DNA from: Octopus bimaculoides
Lineage: Eukaryota
Direction: 5' to 3'
Length of the DNA stretch: 34,439 nucleotides
Assembly: GCF_001194135.2 (NCBI RefSeq)
Contig: NC_068989.1
Span: 23,005,717-23,040,155, forward strand
In this document: one piece after another, positions 23,285-34,349 of the stretch
How positions within the stretch are numbered: position 1 is the stretch's first letter
How the letters are laid out: each line of letters starts with the position of its first letter
The notes under the pieces: model-generated
What the model saw: only the letters and a program-made list of their open reading frames with translations
Database searches by the model: none
What the model was told of the DNA's origin: nothing
Position numbers and translations under genes: made by a program

Positions 23285-23845
23285 ATGAATTCGGGGGAAC
23301 AGCCACTGTTCAGCTGTAGGGCCCATGTTTTTCACATGGGAGATCAGGAGAGTAAAAAGCACTGGATTCAAATTAGTAAAACGGCTGCAGTAGTTCACTT
23401 TTATTATGACAATGCTCGTGCCACGTACCGAATTATAAGTGTCGAAGACTCAAAAGCTTTTGTGAACAGCACAGTTACGACAAGCATGGTTTTTACAAAG
23501 ACTTCTCAGAAATTTTGCCAGTGGTCAGATGTTAGTGCCAATATTGTGTATGGACTTGGTTTCAGCGGAAAAAAAGAACTCAATCAGTTCCATGATTATT
23601 TTGAGGAGGTGAAATTACTTACAAGAAAACATTCAAAATTTAAGCAAGAAATAAATGGTGCTATGGACAATGATACTGTGAAAAAAAAACAGGTACCACA
23701 CCAGTCAACCCACTATGTCACACAAGGACATCAAGTCTTTCCTCTTTACCAATCAGTACAAGTAATCTACAAGACCAGCGACGGGGATCTCTCTTCAGTT
23801 CTGCTACTAGTCTTCCTGGAAATGTCACCGAAGCATATTTTTTAA
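23285..23845 (+). CDS. homer: Residual open ORF, 186 aa: Homer EVH1 domain only, no coiled coil; expression unknown
   Basis: ATG at 23285 with A at -3 and an uninterrupted frame to TAA at 23843-23845. The last ~50 codons appear to be out of frame relative to the ancestral linker. Confidence 0.35.
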   Translation: MNSGEQPLFSCRAHVFHMGDQESKKHWIQISKTAAVVHFYYDNARATYRIISVEDSKAFVNSTVTTSMVFTKTSQKFCQWSDVSANIVYGLGFSGKKELNQFHDYFEEVKLLTRKHSKFKQEINGAMDNDTVKKKQVPHQSTHYVTQGHQVFPLYQSVQVIYKTSDGDLSSVLLLVFLEMSPKHIF

Positions 23846-24250
23846 TATGAAAATGATAGGTTAAAGTTGGCATTAGCCCAAAGTTCAACAAACACCAAAA
23901 AAAATGGGAAATTGAACTGCAGACATTGAAAGCCAACAACCAAAAATTGACAACAGCCCTTCAAGAGAGCACAGCAAATGCTGAAGAATGGAAAAAAAAC
24001 AACTAGCAGCTTACAAAGAGGAAAATGCCCGACTCAAAAAACGGGTTCAAGAATTAGAATCTTTACCAATGTCTTCAGAACAATGTAATAATTTAGTAAA
24101 AGCAGAACTGTCACAAGTAACTTCCCGTTTAAACCAGGTGCAATTAGATTCCTCAAACAAGATGCAGTAAATTGAACATCTTCATCGACGTATTAAAGAA
24201 TTATCAAATACAGAAGCTGAAAATGCTATTCTCCAGGCTAAAATAAACTA
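23285..24250 (+). pseudogene. homer: Intronless Homer copy (probable processed retrocopy): EVH1 domain, linker and partial coiled coil
   Basis: GEQPLFSCRAHVF...KKHW...YRIISVEDSKAFVNST...FTKTSQKFCQW...VYGLGF is the Homer-type EVH1. Across frameshifts the sequence continues [66 protein letters not shown], the Homer coiled coil. No introns over ~970 nt. Four frameshifts, plus a TAA at 24168. Confidence 0.92.
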
Positions 24251-24258
24251 GAACGTTT

Positions 24259-24458
24259 ACTCTTTTACTTGTTTCAGTCATTTGACTGTGGCCATGCTGG
24301 AGCACCGCCTTTAGTCGAGCAAATCGACCCCAGGACTTACTCTTTGTAAGCGTAGTACTTATTCTATCGGTCTCTTTTTGCCGAACCGCTAAGTTACGGG
24401 GACATAAACACACCAACATCGGTTGTCAAGCGATGTTGGGGGGACAAACACAGACACA

Positions 24459-24502
<44 letters not shown>

Positions 24503-24787
24503 NNNNNNNNNNNNNNNNNNNNNNNNNNNNNNNNNNNNNNNNNNNNNNNNNNNNNNNNNNNNNNNNNNNNNNNNNNNNNNNNNNNNNNNNNNNNNNNNNN
24601 NNNNNNNNNNNNNNNNNNNATATATATACGACGGGCTTCTTTCAGTTTCCGTCTACCAAATCTCACTCACCAGGCTTAGGTCGGCCGGAAGCTATAGTAG
24701 AAGACACTTGCCCAAGGTGCCACGCAGTGGGACTGAACCCGGAACCATGTGGTTCATAAGCAATCTACTTACCACACAGTCACTCCT
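24259..24787 (-). mobile_element. SINE family A, full length, abutting the 3' end of the Homer copy
   Basis: Well-preserved tail and head around (CA)n and a gap. ACGTTT at 24253-24258 and 24788-24793 is a possible TSD, although the right copy may partly belong to the SINE head. Confidence 0.9.
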
Positions 24788-25102
24788 ACGTTTGCAAAAT
24801 ATATATTATTTGGCTTTTCTAATTTATATATGGGTAACTAATATCCATGCGATAGCGCAAGTAACGTGTATGTATGTATGTTTGCATGTACGTATGTATG
24901 TATGCATTTTAAGATCCACAAAGAGCAGAACTTATCTGCAGCTCTTGGTGGTCCAAATCGGAGGTGCAAACTATTTGAGTGTCTTTTCAGAATATTGTCT
25001 GGTTTAAAAAGCCACATCAGATGCCATGATGGTTCTAAGGTGTAGGTACAGGAGGTGATCAAACTCTGCATAAGGAGTGGACAACCACCACCATGTATGC
25101 AT

Positions 25103-25151
25103 GTAGGTAGGTAGGTAGGTAGGTAGGTAGGTAGGTAGGTAGGTAGGTAGG
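25103..25151. repeat. (TAGG)n microsatellite
   Basis: Directly visible. Confidence 0.95.
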
Positions 25152-25154
25152 TGT

Positions 25155-25478
25155 GAAGGTGTGTGGCTTTGTGGTTAGAGTATTCGGCTCACCATCGTAA
25201 GGTCGTGAGTTCGATTCCCGGCGACGCGTTGTGTTCTTGAGCAGGACACTTTATTTCATGTTGCTCCAGTCCACTCAGCTGGCAAAAAGGAGTAGTATCT
25301 GTATTTCAAAGGGCCAACCTTGTCACATCCTGTGTCTCGTTGAATCTTCCCGAGAACTACGTTCAGGATACACGTGTCTGTGAAGTGCTCAGCCACTTCC
25401 TCATTAATTTCACAAGCGGGCTGTTACTTTAATTGGATTAACCGGAACCCTCGTTGTCGTAACCGATAGAGTGCCAAC
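25155..25478 (+). mobile_element. SINE family C (tRNA-derived)
   Basis: A-box-like TGGCTTTGTGGTTAG and B-box GAGTTCGATTCC, followed by TTGAGCAGGACACTT...CTCCAGTCCACTCAGCTG (CORE-like). Single copy in this window. Confidence 0.75.
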
Positions 25479-25510
25479 TGCATGTATGTATGTATGTATG
25501 TATGTATGTA

Positions 25511-26007
25511 GGTTCTCTTACTCTTTTTAATTTAGAGCAAATTTTGACCGGCCACCTACTTGGTAGCAAGGTTGGGAGGAGAAATATCTTATTTTAACCA
25601 TCATTCCTTACTTCTTAAGGTCTTACAGATTTTTATAGTTCTAGGTACCGTGATCGTTTGTAGCATATGAATTAAGGATAAGCATTCTCTCCCCCAAGAT
25701 CCCAAGTTCAGCCATACTTTGCTGCAGACAAATTGGCATGTAACCTGCTACCTAAATAATAATAATAGGTATAAAGCTGAAAGTGTTTCTTTGGTACTGG
25801 ATTTACAAACTCCTTATCAACTGTTCATAGACGTCCTCTTTCTCTTGTATTTTTCTCACCACATTTGTGTCCTGAGGGCAGCTGATTTCCACAACAGAAC
25901 ATATCACGATATCAGGCCGGTTGTATTTTAATTTGGTGGCTGTTTTAATTTTTAAGCTCTGCCAGTATTCTTTAGACACCTCAGTTTCAATATGGCCGAC
26001 TTCGTAA
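25511..26007 (-). mobile_element. RLE-type LINE, 5'-truncated copy 1, between (TACA)n tracts
   Basis: KYNRPDIVI-CSVVEISCPQD...EKEDVY...FSFIPIII...LGI...TIKICKTL, then a short 3' UTR. (TACA)n at 25481-25510 and 26008-26050. Confidence 0.85.
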
Positions 26008-26050
26008 GTATGCATGTATGTATGTATGTATGTATGTATGTATGTATGTA

Positions 26051-26380
26051 TATTCCGGGATGGTGTCCGGCGTGCTGAAAGACCACTGGGAGTGAGGCGC
26101 CCCTCAGGTTTTGTTGAAGCATGTCTCTAGGAGAAGGTCACTCTGATATAAAACCAAATATGCAGGGAATGGCATTGGACATTTTGGGAATCTTTGGTTT
26201 GTGCTAGAGATCACGGCGCTCCCACATCCCTGAGCCTGCGACTTATATTGGCACCAGACATCTTGCTCCAGCTTGTCTCTGGATAATGTCAATAAAGTGG
26301 AGAGGTTTTATGAGGTGTTGTGCAAGCCTCATTGGACCTAAAACTTAGCACAGGCATTGCCGACCTCTGCTTGACATGTG
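26051..26380 (+). mobile_element. Possible LINE (RTE-like) 5' UTR fragment
   Basis: CTCTAGGAGAAGGTCACTCTGATATAAAACC resembles a motif I recall from RTE 5' regions. No convincing protein motif. Confidence 0.3.
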
Positions 26381-27213
26381 CGTTTTTTTTTTCCTATATA
26401 TGTATGTATGTATGCATCATGTGCTACATCATGCTTATATAAACTGGAAAGGATAAATTATATTGTTTTCTGCACATGTATTTTCACCCTAGATCAGTCC
26501 TCGTTGAGCAGACCCATGATCAAAGACACTCGCCATGACAATATTGTTCATTTTCTTTATGTTTGTCTTTCCAACGTGCAGAAAACTCAGGTTCACATTG
26601 CCCAATGTACTATTTTTTAGGACAGCGAAGTGGATTTGGCTGCTATTTCTAGCACAGCAGACGACTACAGAAAAGCTCCATTGTTAGGCGTTATATGGTC
26701 AACTTGTCTATTCTCCAAATTTGCAGGTGATTAAGACAACGAATTTTCCAGACTTTCAATGAAACATCTTTGAATTTTTCCAGATGTATTCTTCTCCAAA
26801 CCATTCTCTGCTATTCTGTCATTCTCTTCACAAAATATGACCTATAATATATTCTCTCTCTCTCTTTCTCCCTCTCTCTCTCTTTCTCTCTCTCTAATAT
26901 TGTATGACATTGTACAGTGTCCAACTAGTCAGATTATCTTCAGTGTCTCGTCGGGAATAAATAATTACACCTTATGCATAAATATTATTTTGAGACATTT
27001 ATTTTGAATCAATCTCCTGTTTAATTACATTTCTTTATGTATAATACATCTCTCCCTCTATACATCCATACATAGATAAATACATATATATAATACATAT
27101 ATGCAAACTATATACACACACGCACACAAAGGTGAGCACATATGAGCAAAATGAGCAGGAACGCGAAACTAAGTCTTGTGATAATTTTCCAGCTTTAATA
27201 ATACACGCGCACG

Positions 27214-27247
<34 letters not shown>

Positions 27248-27248
27248 G

Positions 27249-27532
27249 TGTTGTATTGCCAATTGTCATGACGATACTTTTTTTTTTTACACTATAACCG
27301 TGTAGTAACAATAAAACATAACGAAGCAGGGTGAAGACAACGTAACAATCCAACAAACTCTCCACGAACTATGCGCGAACCAACAAACGATATTCCGACA
27401 AACTATCAAAACGGCACCTTACTACTTCCTGCGATTAACACCTTCTCTCTCCCGCCTCTCACTCAGACCGCTACTATTTATAGTCGTTCGGTCAAGTCTA
27501 TCCTCGCAGGAGGAGTCGTGACTCTCGATACA
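27249..27532 (-). repeat. 3' LTR (~284 bp) of a second Mag-like Gypsy copy
   Basis: TGTATC...ACAACA termini; aligns by eye with 6648-6935 (GACCGCTACTATTTATA, CAACGTAAC.ATCCAACAAACTC). Preceded on the minus strand by the purine tract AAAAGGTGAGA (27533-27543, PPT). Confidence 0.85.
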
Positions 27533-27572
27533 TCTCACCTTTTGAGATTTCGACTGCCGTAGGAAACGAAAT

Positions 27573-27599
<27 letters not shown>

Positions 27600-27603
<4 letters not shown>

Positions 27604-28137
27604 CTTTCTTTCTTTCCACCACCTTTCCCTTTTTGAAATTTTGATTCCCTAAGGAGTTCAGTACCTTTTCCGCTTAGGAATTATTTCTAAATGCTCAGTC
27701 TGTTTACATTTTCTGTTACTGCTCCTTCTAGGCTCAATATCTTTCGGTGCAGGCACATCAAACATGTCATAAAACACTTCCATTGAAATTTCCTTCCTTT
27801 CTTCTGTATGTCTGAATTTAATTGACTTAAGTGTAGTTTATGCTCCCATCGTTGGCCTTTTATTAAATACATCATGTTTCCAATTCTTTTAGTCACTACA
27901 CCATCCTGCCAACTCTCTTTACCGTTCTTGTATACTTTGAAATGGACTTTATCTTCGCTATCAAAGTATTTAGTTGAATTTTCTCTATACGTTTTTTTTT
28001 TTCCTTTGGCAACAATTTGTCGAAGATTGATTCAATCTTTCGAGCGAACATCAGCACTTCAGGCGACTTGCCTGAACTGGTATTCGGATTGGGGGTTATT
28101 CTGTATACCCTTAAAAATTTAGTTAGCGCTTCGTCAT
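27600..28137 (-). mobile_element. Gypsy integrase C-terminal relic (second copy)
   Basis: DEALTKFLRVYRITPNPNTSSGKSPEVLMFARKIESIFDKLLP...TKRIGNMMYLIKGQRWEH is homologous to 4115-4460. Confidence 0.9.
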
Positions 28138-28945
28138 AAGCACAGGAAACACGGATATTTTGTATACCCTCGTTTTTGGTCAAGTAAAATTTGACCATTT
28201 TTAGATTCACAGATATGACCCATTTGTGTTCATCATACTTAAGTAAATCTAATACAACTTTCATGTAATCATAATTCTCTTTTAATTGTACAGAGTGACC
28301 AATAGGAATCGCACTAAACAAGTTTCCATTATAGAGTAATAGACATTTTAGACTCTTCTTTAAACTATCTATAAAGAGTCTCCATTCATACTGTTCAACA
28401 ACCATCACGTTTAACAATCCCGCCACGTCACAAAGGTAAACAAGAGAACTTTTTCCTTGTTCTGATAAATAGTCACGTTTATTTCTTTCTGAAACGAATT
28501 CTTCTCTTTAAACCTAGAAGTTAACAGTTCTGATAACTCTTTTGACAATCCTAGGTCTCTGACTAAATCATCAAGTTCTGCCTGGTTAAAGTTTTCGCAT
28601 TCTTTGGTCGATGTTTCTACAAAGTCTAAATCATTGTCATGTTCATGATTTACATCAGCTTCAAATATATCATCACTTTCATCTTACAGTGAAGGTAGAT
28701 CCTTGAAAACGGGTACTGATATTCTATTTGAGTGAAGCACTGGATGAATTGCTGAATCCAGATTTGGGTAACTTATTTTCTGCAACGTTCTCTTGCTATA
28801 ATAAGAAGTCTTTGTGAGACAAAAGTAGCAATCATTTACATGGTTCTTTGGCTCCCACTATATCATAGAAATGCCAAATGTTAGTTGTTTCCTTGTGCCC
28901 TTTGTCCATTGGCGTAGATTTTCGACATAGGGTTTACATACACTC
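28133..28945 (-). mobile_element. Chapaev3-like (CMC) transposase fragment
   Basis: VCKPYVENLRQWTKG...EPKNHVNDCYFC...YPNLDSAIHPV...FNQAELDDLVRDLGLSKELSELL...EWRLFIDSLKKSLKCLLLYNGN...GYTKYPCFLCL. The family name is from recalled motifs. Confidence 0.75.
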
Positions 28946-29604
28946 GGTAAGTCTGGGAGAAGGGGAATGTCTAGGCCATCGTAAGCTCTCTGAGTTGGGT
29001 GTAATTGATGCAGTTAACCTTGTTAAACTGTAACAAGTAAACATCTGCAGAAAAGATATAAGCAGAGAAGGATTCTAGAGGGTCGTCAAAGTTCAGGGGA
29101 AGAAGTACTGGGTATCGTGCGAAATCTAGGCAATTGGGTTCCACATGGGTGAAGAGAGAAGGAAATATGTGTAAGTCGGGAGACCTTGAATGGTGATGGT
29201 ACGTGACCTTCTAAAAATCACAACCAAATTCTTTAGAATCATACTCTACGGGCTTAAAACTGAAAGAACACATTTATGGCTTTATGTCGATATTTAACTT
29301 TTTATCTTGAAACAAAGATACTATTTCTTAACGAATACATACTAGATTTTTGCCAAAAGATCCAAATGCGACCAAAAATAATACATGAGCAAAAGCAACA
29401 AGGTTCGAGGTCTCTTTGGAGTAAGACAAAGGTGAGTCAAGAAAAAAGAAGCTGAAAGTTGTACTGAAATAGTAGATGAGTTCGAGTGTTAGTGTGAAAC
29501 ATTCTAAGTTTGTCACTTCAAACATTTTCTCCATTAGTCTTCCTTTAATCATCCGTTGTCTTTTTCACTCCACCTTCTCATGCATTCCTTCGTCTCTCAT
29601 TAAA

Positions 29605-29712
<108 letters not shown>

Positions 29713-29999
29713 TGTGTATGTGCGTGCATGCGTGCATGTACTTGTATATACTATTGGTGTGTCATCAGTATTTCGTTTCATTGCGATAATGTGTACTATA
29801 GATCATATCTATCGAATTTAGCCAACACTGTATGTTCCAACGAATGTAAATAGTTCTATAAACATACTATTTCACAGAAAGAGAAAAGAACAATTATATA
29901 TACTACACATTTCAACCCTGTTTGGAGTTCCATCAGCATCTCCGCTCTCTCCTTACTATCCGTGAACGCATTGCTTATAAACCCATTAATGCTAGTGGC

Positions 30000-30225
30000 A
30001 TGCTGTCTTTCCAAAGTATAAAGCAATCGTCCAAATACCTCTTCCATTTCTCCTTTAAATAGCAATGAAAAGAGGTGCCGTATTTTTGTAGTGATGATTG
30101 ATATATTTTAAGCTCTAGGTAACCCATTACAAGGTTCGCAATCCCTGGCGCAGTTCGGGTTCCCATTGCAATTCCACCCTTCTGTCGATAGTAAGCTGTA
30201 TCGAACATGAAATAGTTGTTCAGTA
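30000..30225 (-). mobile_element. Penelope-like RT fragment
   Basis: NNYFMFDTAYYRQKGGIAMGTRTAPGIANLVMGYLE...WKRYLDDCFILW contains the PLE-type GxAMG and RYxDD motifs. Confidence 0.85.
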
Positions 30226-30239
30226 TATATATATATATA

Positions 30240-30385
30240 TACAACAGGTTTTTTTTTTCTCCAATTTCCCTCTATCAAATCCACTAACAAGGTTTTAGTC
30301 GACCAAAGGCTATAGTAGAAGACACTAGTAGAAGACTGGACCTGGAACCATGTAGTTGGGAAGCAAACTTCTTACCACATACCAA
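30240..30385 (-). mobile_element. SINE family A head with an internal deletion
   Basis: AAATCCACTAACAAGGTTTTAGTCGACCAAAGGCTATAGTAGAAGACAC...GAACCATGTAGTTGGGAAGCAAACTTCTTACCAC. Confidence 0.8.
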
Positions 30386-30763
30386 CGCTTTCTTTCTAAA
30401 CAGATTTAACCAATGAAGAGAGTATTTTTGATCGCATCTTAAAACCTGAATTCAGTCATGTGACCCCAGAGTTTTTTTGATTATTTCACACAGAGCGAAA
30501 AGAAGANNNNNNNNNNNNNNNNNNNNNNNNNNNNNNNNNNNNNNNNNNNNNNNNNNNNNNNNNNNNNNNNNNNNNNNNNNNNNNNNNNNNNNNNNNNNNN
30601 NNNNNNNNNNNNNNNNNNNNNNNNNNNNNNNNNNNNNNNNNNNNNNNNNNNNNNNNNNNNNNNNNNNNNNNNNNNNNNNNNNNNNNNNNNNNNNNNNNNN
30701 NNNNNNNNNNNNNNNNNNNNNNNNNNNNNNNNNNNNNNNNNNNNNNNNNNNNNNNNNNNNNNN

Positions 30764-30813
<50 letters not shown>

Positions 30814-30999
30814 TTAAAAAAGTAAAGTTTCGTTCATGCTTTAAAATTCTATTTTAAATATCTAAAGTTATCTAAGAAAGGTTACGTAAAAAAATAAACT
30901 AGCCTCTAACTTATCTAATAGCATAAAACTTCCATTCATTTAAAAGGATTATAACCCAGTTGAATTTCTCATGCCTTCAATAACCCCTGGGATGGCTAA

Positions 31000-31690
31000 A
31001 GGATCAATTAGTTCAGTTTCCTCTATACTTTCTCCAACTTTGAAACAGACAGGAGAAATAGTATCGTTCTCGGAAGAGAGAAACCATACCTTAAGCTGAA
31101 AATCAAAACTGAAGGGGGTAACAAGTAATGTCATCGTTATTTTGATTGAAAGTATTATGAATAGTCTGAGTGAATGACGAGATGACCCATTCTGAACAAA
31201 TTTTTCTGTTTCCCATGTCTGTTAGTTTGTCAGTATAGGAACACATTTTCTCAGCTTTGAAGTGATAATGAAAAAGAATGTCACTTTCAAAACTTGTATA
31301 GTTGTTACAAGTGAAGGTGCAATTAAGCCAATGATCGAAAAAAAGAATGATTTGTTGCTGTTATGTTTGGTGAGACTACAGACCTTCGAATGAAATCTTA
31401 ACTGTCACACGTTTTGCGATTTGTTGATGAGAAGGAAAGGCTTTAAGAGAGGTTTAGAGGATAAGTCGATGTCAGTATAAACAGAAAAGCTGCATCACTG
31501 ACAGAAGCTGTACATTGTTATACACATTCACTTAATTTGGTACTCTCTCAATCAGCTTCAAGAGTTCGAGAATGTCGAATTTTCTTCAAAACTTTAAAAA
31601 AGAATTTCGACTTTTTTCTCAAAGTCGACGGCTTGAATAGCCCCTACTGGATGAAATCGTTAGAAGATGATTTCCAAAGTTATATGTAGG
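31000..31690 (+). pseudogene. hAT-superfamily transposase relic (Tip100/ZMYM1-like), heavily degraded
   Basis: GREKPYL, RYFD*KYYE, NKFFCFPCLL (TTF-type zinc finger), FVAVMFGETTDL...VLRFVD...ERF..VDVS and HCYTHSLNLVL (CxxH). Many stops and internal deletions. Confidence 0.75.
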
Positions 31691-33172
31691 TTTCTCGTGA
31701 CTTACTTACTACTTCAAAACAATGCATCGTAAGGGGAAACTATTTTCATTTTCAGACTCCCCATATCTCAAAACATATATAATACTACACTTTTCGCNNN
31801 NNNNNNNNNNNNNNNNNNNNNNNNNNNNNNNNNNNNNNNNNNNNNNNNNNNNNNNNNNNNNNNNNNNNNNNNNNNNNNNNNNNNNNNNNNNNNNNNNNNN
31901 NNNNNNNNNNNNNNNNNNNNNNNNNNNNNNNNNNNNNNNNNNNNNNNNNNNNNNNNNNNNNNNNNNNNNNNNNNNNNNNNNNNNNNNNNNNNNNNNNNNN
32001 NNNNNNNNNNNNNNNNNNNNNNNNNNNNNNNNNNNNNNNNNNNNNNNNNNNNNNNNNNNNNNNNNNNNNNNNNNNNNNNNNNNNNNNNNNNNNNNNNNNN
32101 NNNNNNNNNNNNNNNNNNNNNNNNNNNNNNNNNNNNNNNNNNNNNNNNNNNNNNNNNNNNNNNNNNNNNNNNNNNNNNNNNNNNNNNNNNNNNNNNNNNN
32201 NNNNNNNNNNNNNNNNNNNNNNNNNNNNNNNNNNNNNNNNNNNNNNNNNNNNNNNNNNNNNNNNNNNNNNNNNNNNNNNNNNNNNNNNNNNNNNNNNNNN
32301 NNNNNNNNNNNNNNNNNNNNNNNNNNNNNNNNNNNNNNNNNNNNNNNNNNNNNNNNNNNNNNNNNNNNNNNNNNNNNNNNNNNNNNNNNNNNNNNNNNNN
32401 NNNNNNNNNNNNNNNNNNNNNNNNNNNNNNNNNNNNNNNNNNNNNNNNNNNNNNNNNNNNNNNNNNNNNNNNNNNNNNNNNNNNNNNNNNNNNNNNNNNN
32501 NNNNNNNNNNNNNNNNNNNNNNNNNNNNNNNNNNNNNNNNNNNNNNNNNNNNNNNNNNNNNNNNNNNNNNNNNNNNNNNNNNNNNNNNNNNNNNNNNNNN
32601 NNNNNNNNNNNNNNNNNNNNNNNNNNNNNNNNNNNNNNNNNNNNNNNNNNNNNNNNNNNNNNNNNNNNNNNNNNNNNNNNNNNNNNNNNNNNGTGTGTGT
32701 GTGTGTGTGTGTGGAACGCAGTCGCCATTAAAATTCTACTTTTAAGTTATATCTTTGAAAAGTTTCAAATACCACGGGATATAGGAAATCATTTATCCTT
32801 TTATTGCTTCACATTTAAATTTGTATATACTTATAAAATATTCAGATATTATTCAAGCTCTTATAAATTGGATTTTTAATGTTTGTAATGTTTGAGTATA
32901 TTTCGCATTTTATAAAAATTAACACTTTGACTCTGAGAGCAAAATGCCAGAATGTATTAGAAGTATGAACTAATTTAAACATAAAACGATGAAGGAAAGT
33001 ATTCTCTTTCAGTTTTGAAATTGCGTTTGAAACTCCATAGTGTCTTTTTTTTTTAAAAGATAGGATTTTGTAAATGAGAAACTTTCTACAAAGAGAAGCT
33101 TTTTCATGTATGTATGTATGTATGTATGTATGTATGTATGTATGTATGTATGTATGTATGTGTGTATGTGTG

Positions 33173-33275
33173 TCATTGTTCAGTTTCATTTCAAGATTTC
33201 TTGCCAATAGAGAAAGAACCGGTTTCTAACTTAGATCCAAGGCTCCTTCATTGAAATTTCAGCATCCTCGACAGG
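33173..33275. repeat. Unclassified ~100-bp element between two (TACA)n tracts
   Basis: Unique sequence bracketed by ATGT repeats at 33105-33172 and 33276-33335; non-coding. Confidence 0.4.
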
Positions 33276-33335
33276 GTATGTATGTATGTATGTATGTATG
33301 TATTTATGTATGTATGTATGTATGTATGTACGTAT

Positions 33336-33877
33336 GATTTCTCTCTGAGTTTTATTTAAGTTCTTGGGAGAGTTCAAGCTGTTCGCTAACAAAGCGACAA
33401 GACTTTATGAGTTAAGAAAGTTCTCGGTGTTTGTAAATATGCAGTTGATTGATGTGTTGGATGAATTGTCGATGCATTTACCCATGTGTGTGCATCACAT
33501 TAGAGTCTCAGATGGAGAAATTTTGGAATGTCTTACAAATGTTCAATGTGCCACTTATAGATTGTATTTGAAGGATCCGCGTCGGCTTCTTTTGCTTTTT
33601 TACCACGAAACCGAGTATTTCTAGGTTTTTACGCAAATTTTTTGGTACATAAATTAATGCACTTATGATAATAGGTACAAATGAGAATTCATAGGTAGGG
33701 TACAAGAGATGTAAGTTCCGAATTAATTCGCCATAAGTGTTCTCTTTTTCCTAGAATTTGATTGTAGTCACATCCGCTGGGCAGCTGACCTCTGCAATAG
33801 TGCATGATTTTTGTTCTCTGTCTCACAGAACAATATCAGGTCTGTTATGTTTGCAATGAATTGATGATTTTATTGGT
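33336..33877 (-). mobile_element. RLE-type LINE, 5'-truncated copy 2, between (TACA)n tracts
   Basis: CKHNRPDIVL*DREQKSCTIAEVSCPADV...EKENTYGELIRNLHLLYPTYEFSFVPIIISAL...LGF...SISGTLNICKTF*, then a 3' UTR. Confidence 0.88.
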
Positions 33878-33930
33878 GTGTATGTATGTATGTATGTATG
33901 TATGTATGTATGTAGCGTATGTATGTATGT

Positions 33931-34296
33931 TCCCTTCCATTTCTAATTATTTGAATTTTTCCTCTGAAGAAGGAGCTAGTTTTTAATAAAGATAGTTTTT
34001 AACAAAGCTTCATGTTTGAAATGTAGATAACAAAAGCAAATTCATATTTTAAACTTGAGAAAAGTCTTGCATATATTAACTGTTTTACTTACAGAATGTA
34101 TTTGTGATGTGAGGGTTAACTGGTCGATTTCTTTTTTTCTGGGGACCCCAGATTATCCAGATTATCACGATTATCACTTAGGTATTTATTTACTCACAAA
34201 ACCAAGCGCACCATAGAGAAGCTGAAGGTTTTGAGACAGTTTTCTGTATTGACCAACTTTCTCTTTGGTTTTAGAGGGACGTTCACATCAGCAGGG
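33931..34296 (-). mobile_element. RLE-type LINE, 5'-truncated copy 3, between (TACA)n tracts
   Basis: Across frameshifts: CPADVN, EKVGQY...NLQLLY, GALGFVSK, LG..EKEIDQL...IHSVSKTVNICKTFLKFKI*, then a 3' UTR ending at 33931. Confidence 0.8.
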
Positions 34297-34318
34297 CATA
34301 CATACATATTTATGTTTG

Positions 34319-34349
<31 letters not shown>

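Noticed and set aside
25155-25225. tRNA gene
   Set aside because: A and B boxes are present but I could not form a proper cloverleaf or acceptor stem, and it continues into a SINE body. All tRNA-like heads in the window are SINEs.
27278-27288. T11 run as a poly(A) tail implying LINE-mediated retroposition of Gypsy mRNA
   Set aside because: LTR-like sequence appears to continue past the run to an ACAACA terminus at 27249, giving 284 bp versus 288 bp for the other LTR, and there is no sense-strand AATAAA. The run is more simply internal.
6648-27532. The two homologous LTRs as ends of one 21-kb element
   Set aside because: The orientation is inside-out (PPT outside the first LTR and PBS outside the second on the minus strand) and the LTRs are clearly diverged. 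They are two separate insertions.
30404-30506. Possible exon after the acceptor TTTCTTTCTAAACAG (DLTNEESIFDRILKPEF...)
   Set aside because: In-frame TGA at the T7 run, no good donor, and the sequence runs into a gap; unsupported.
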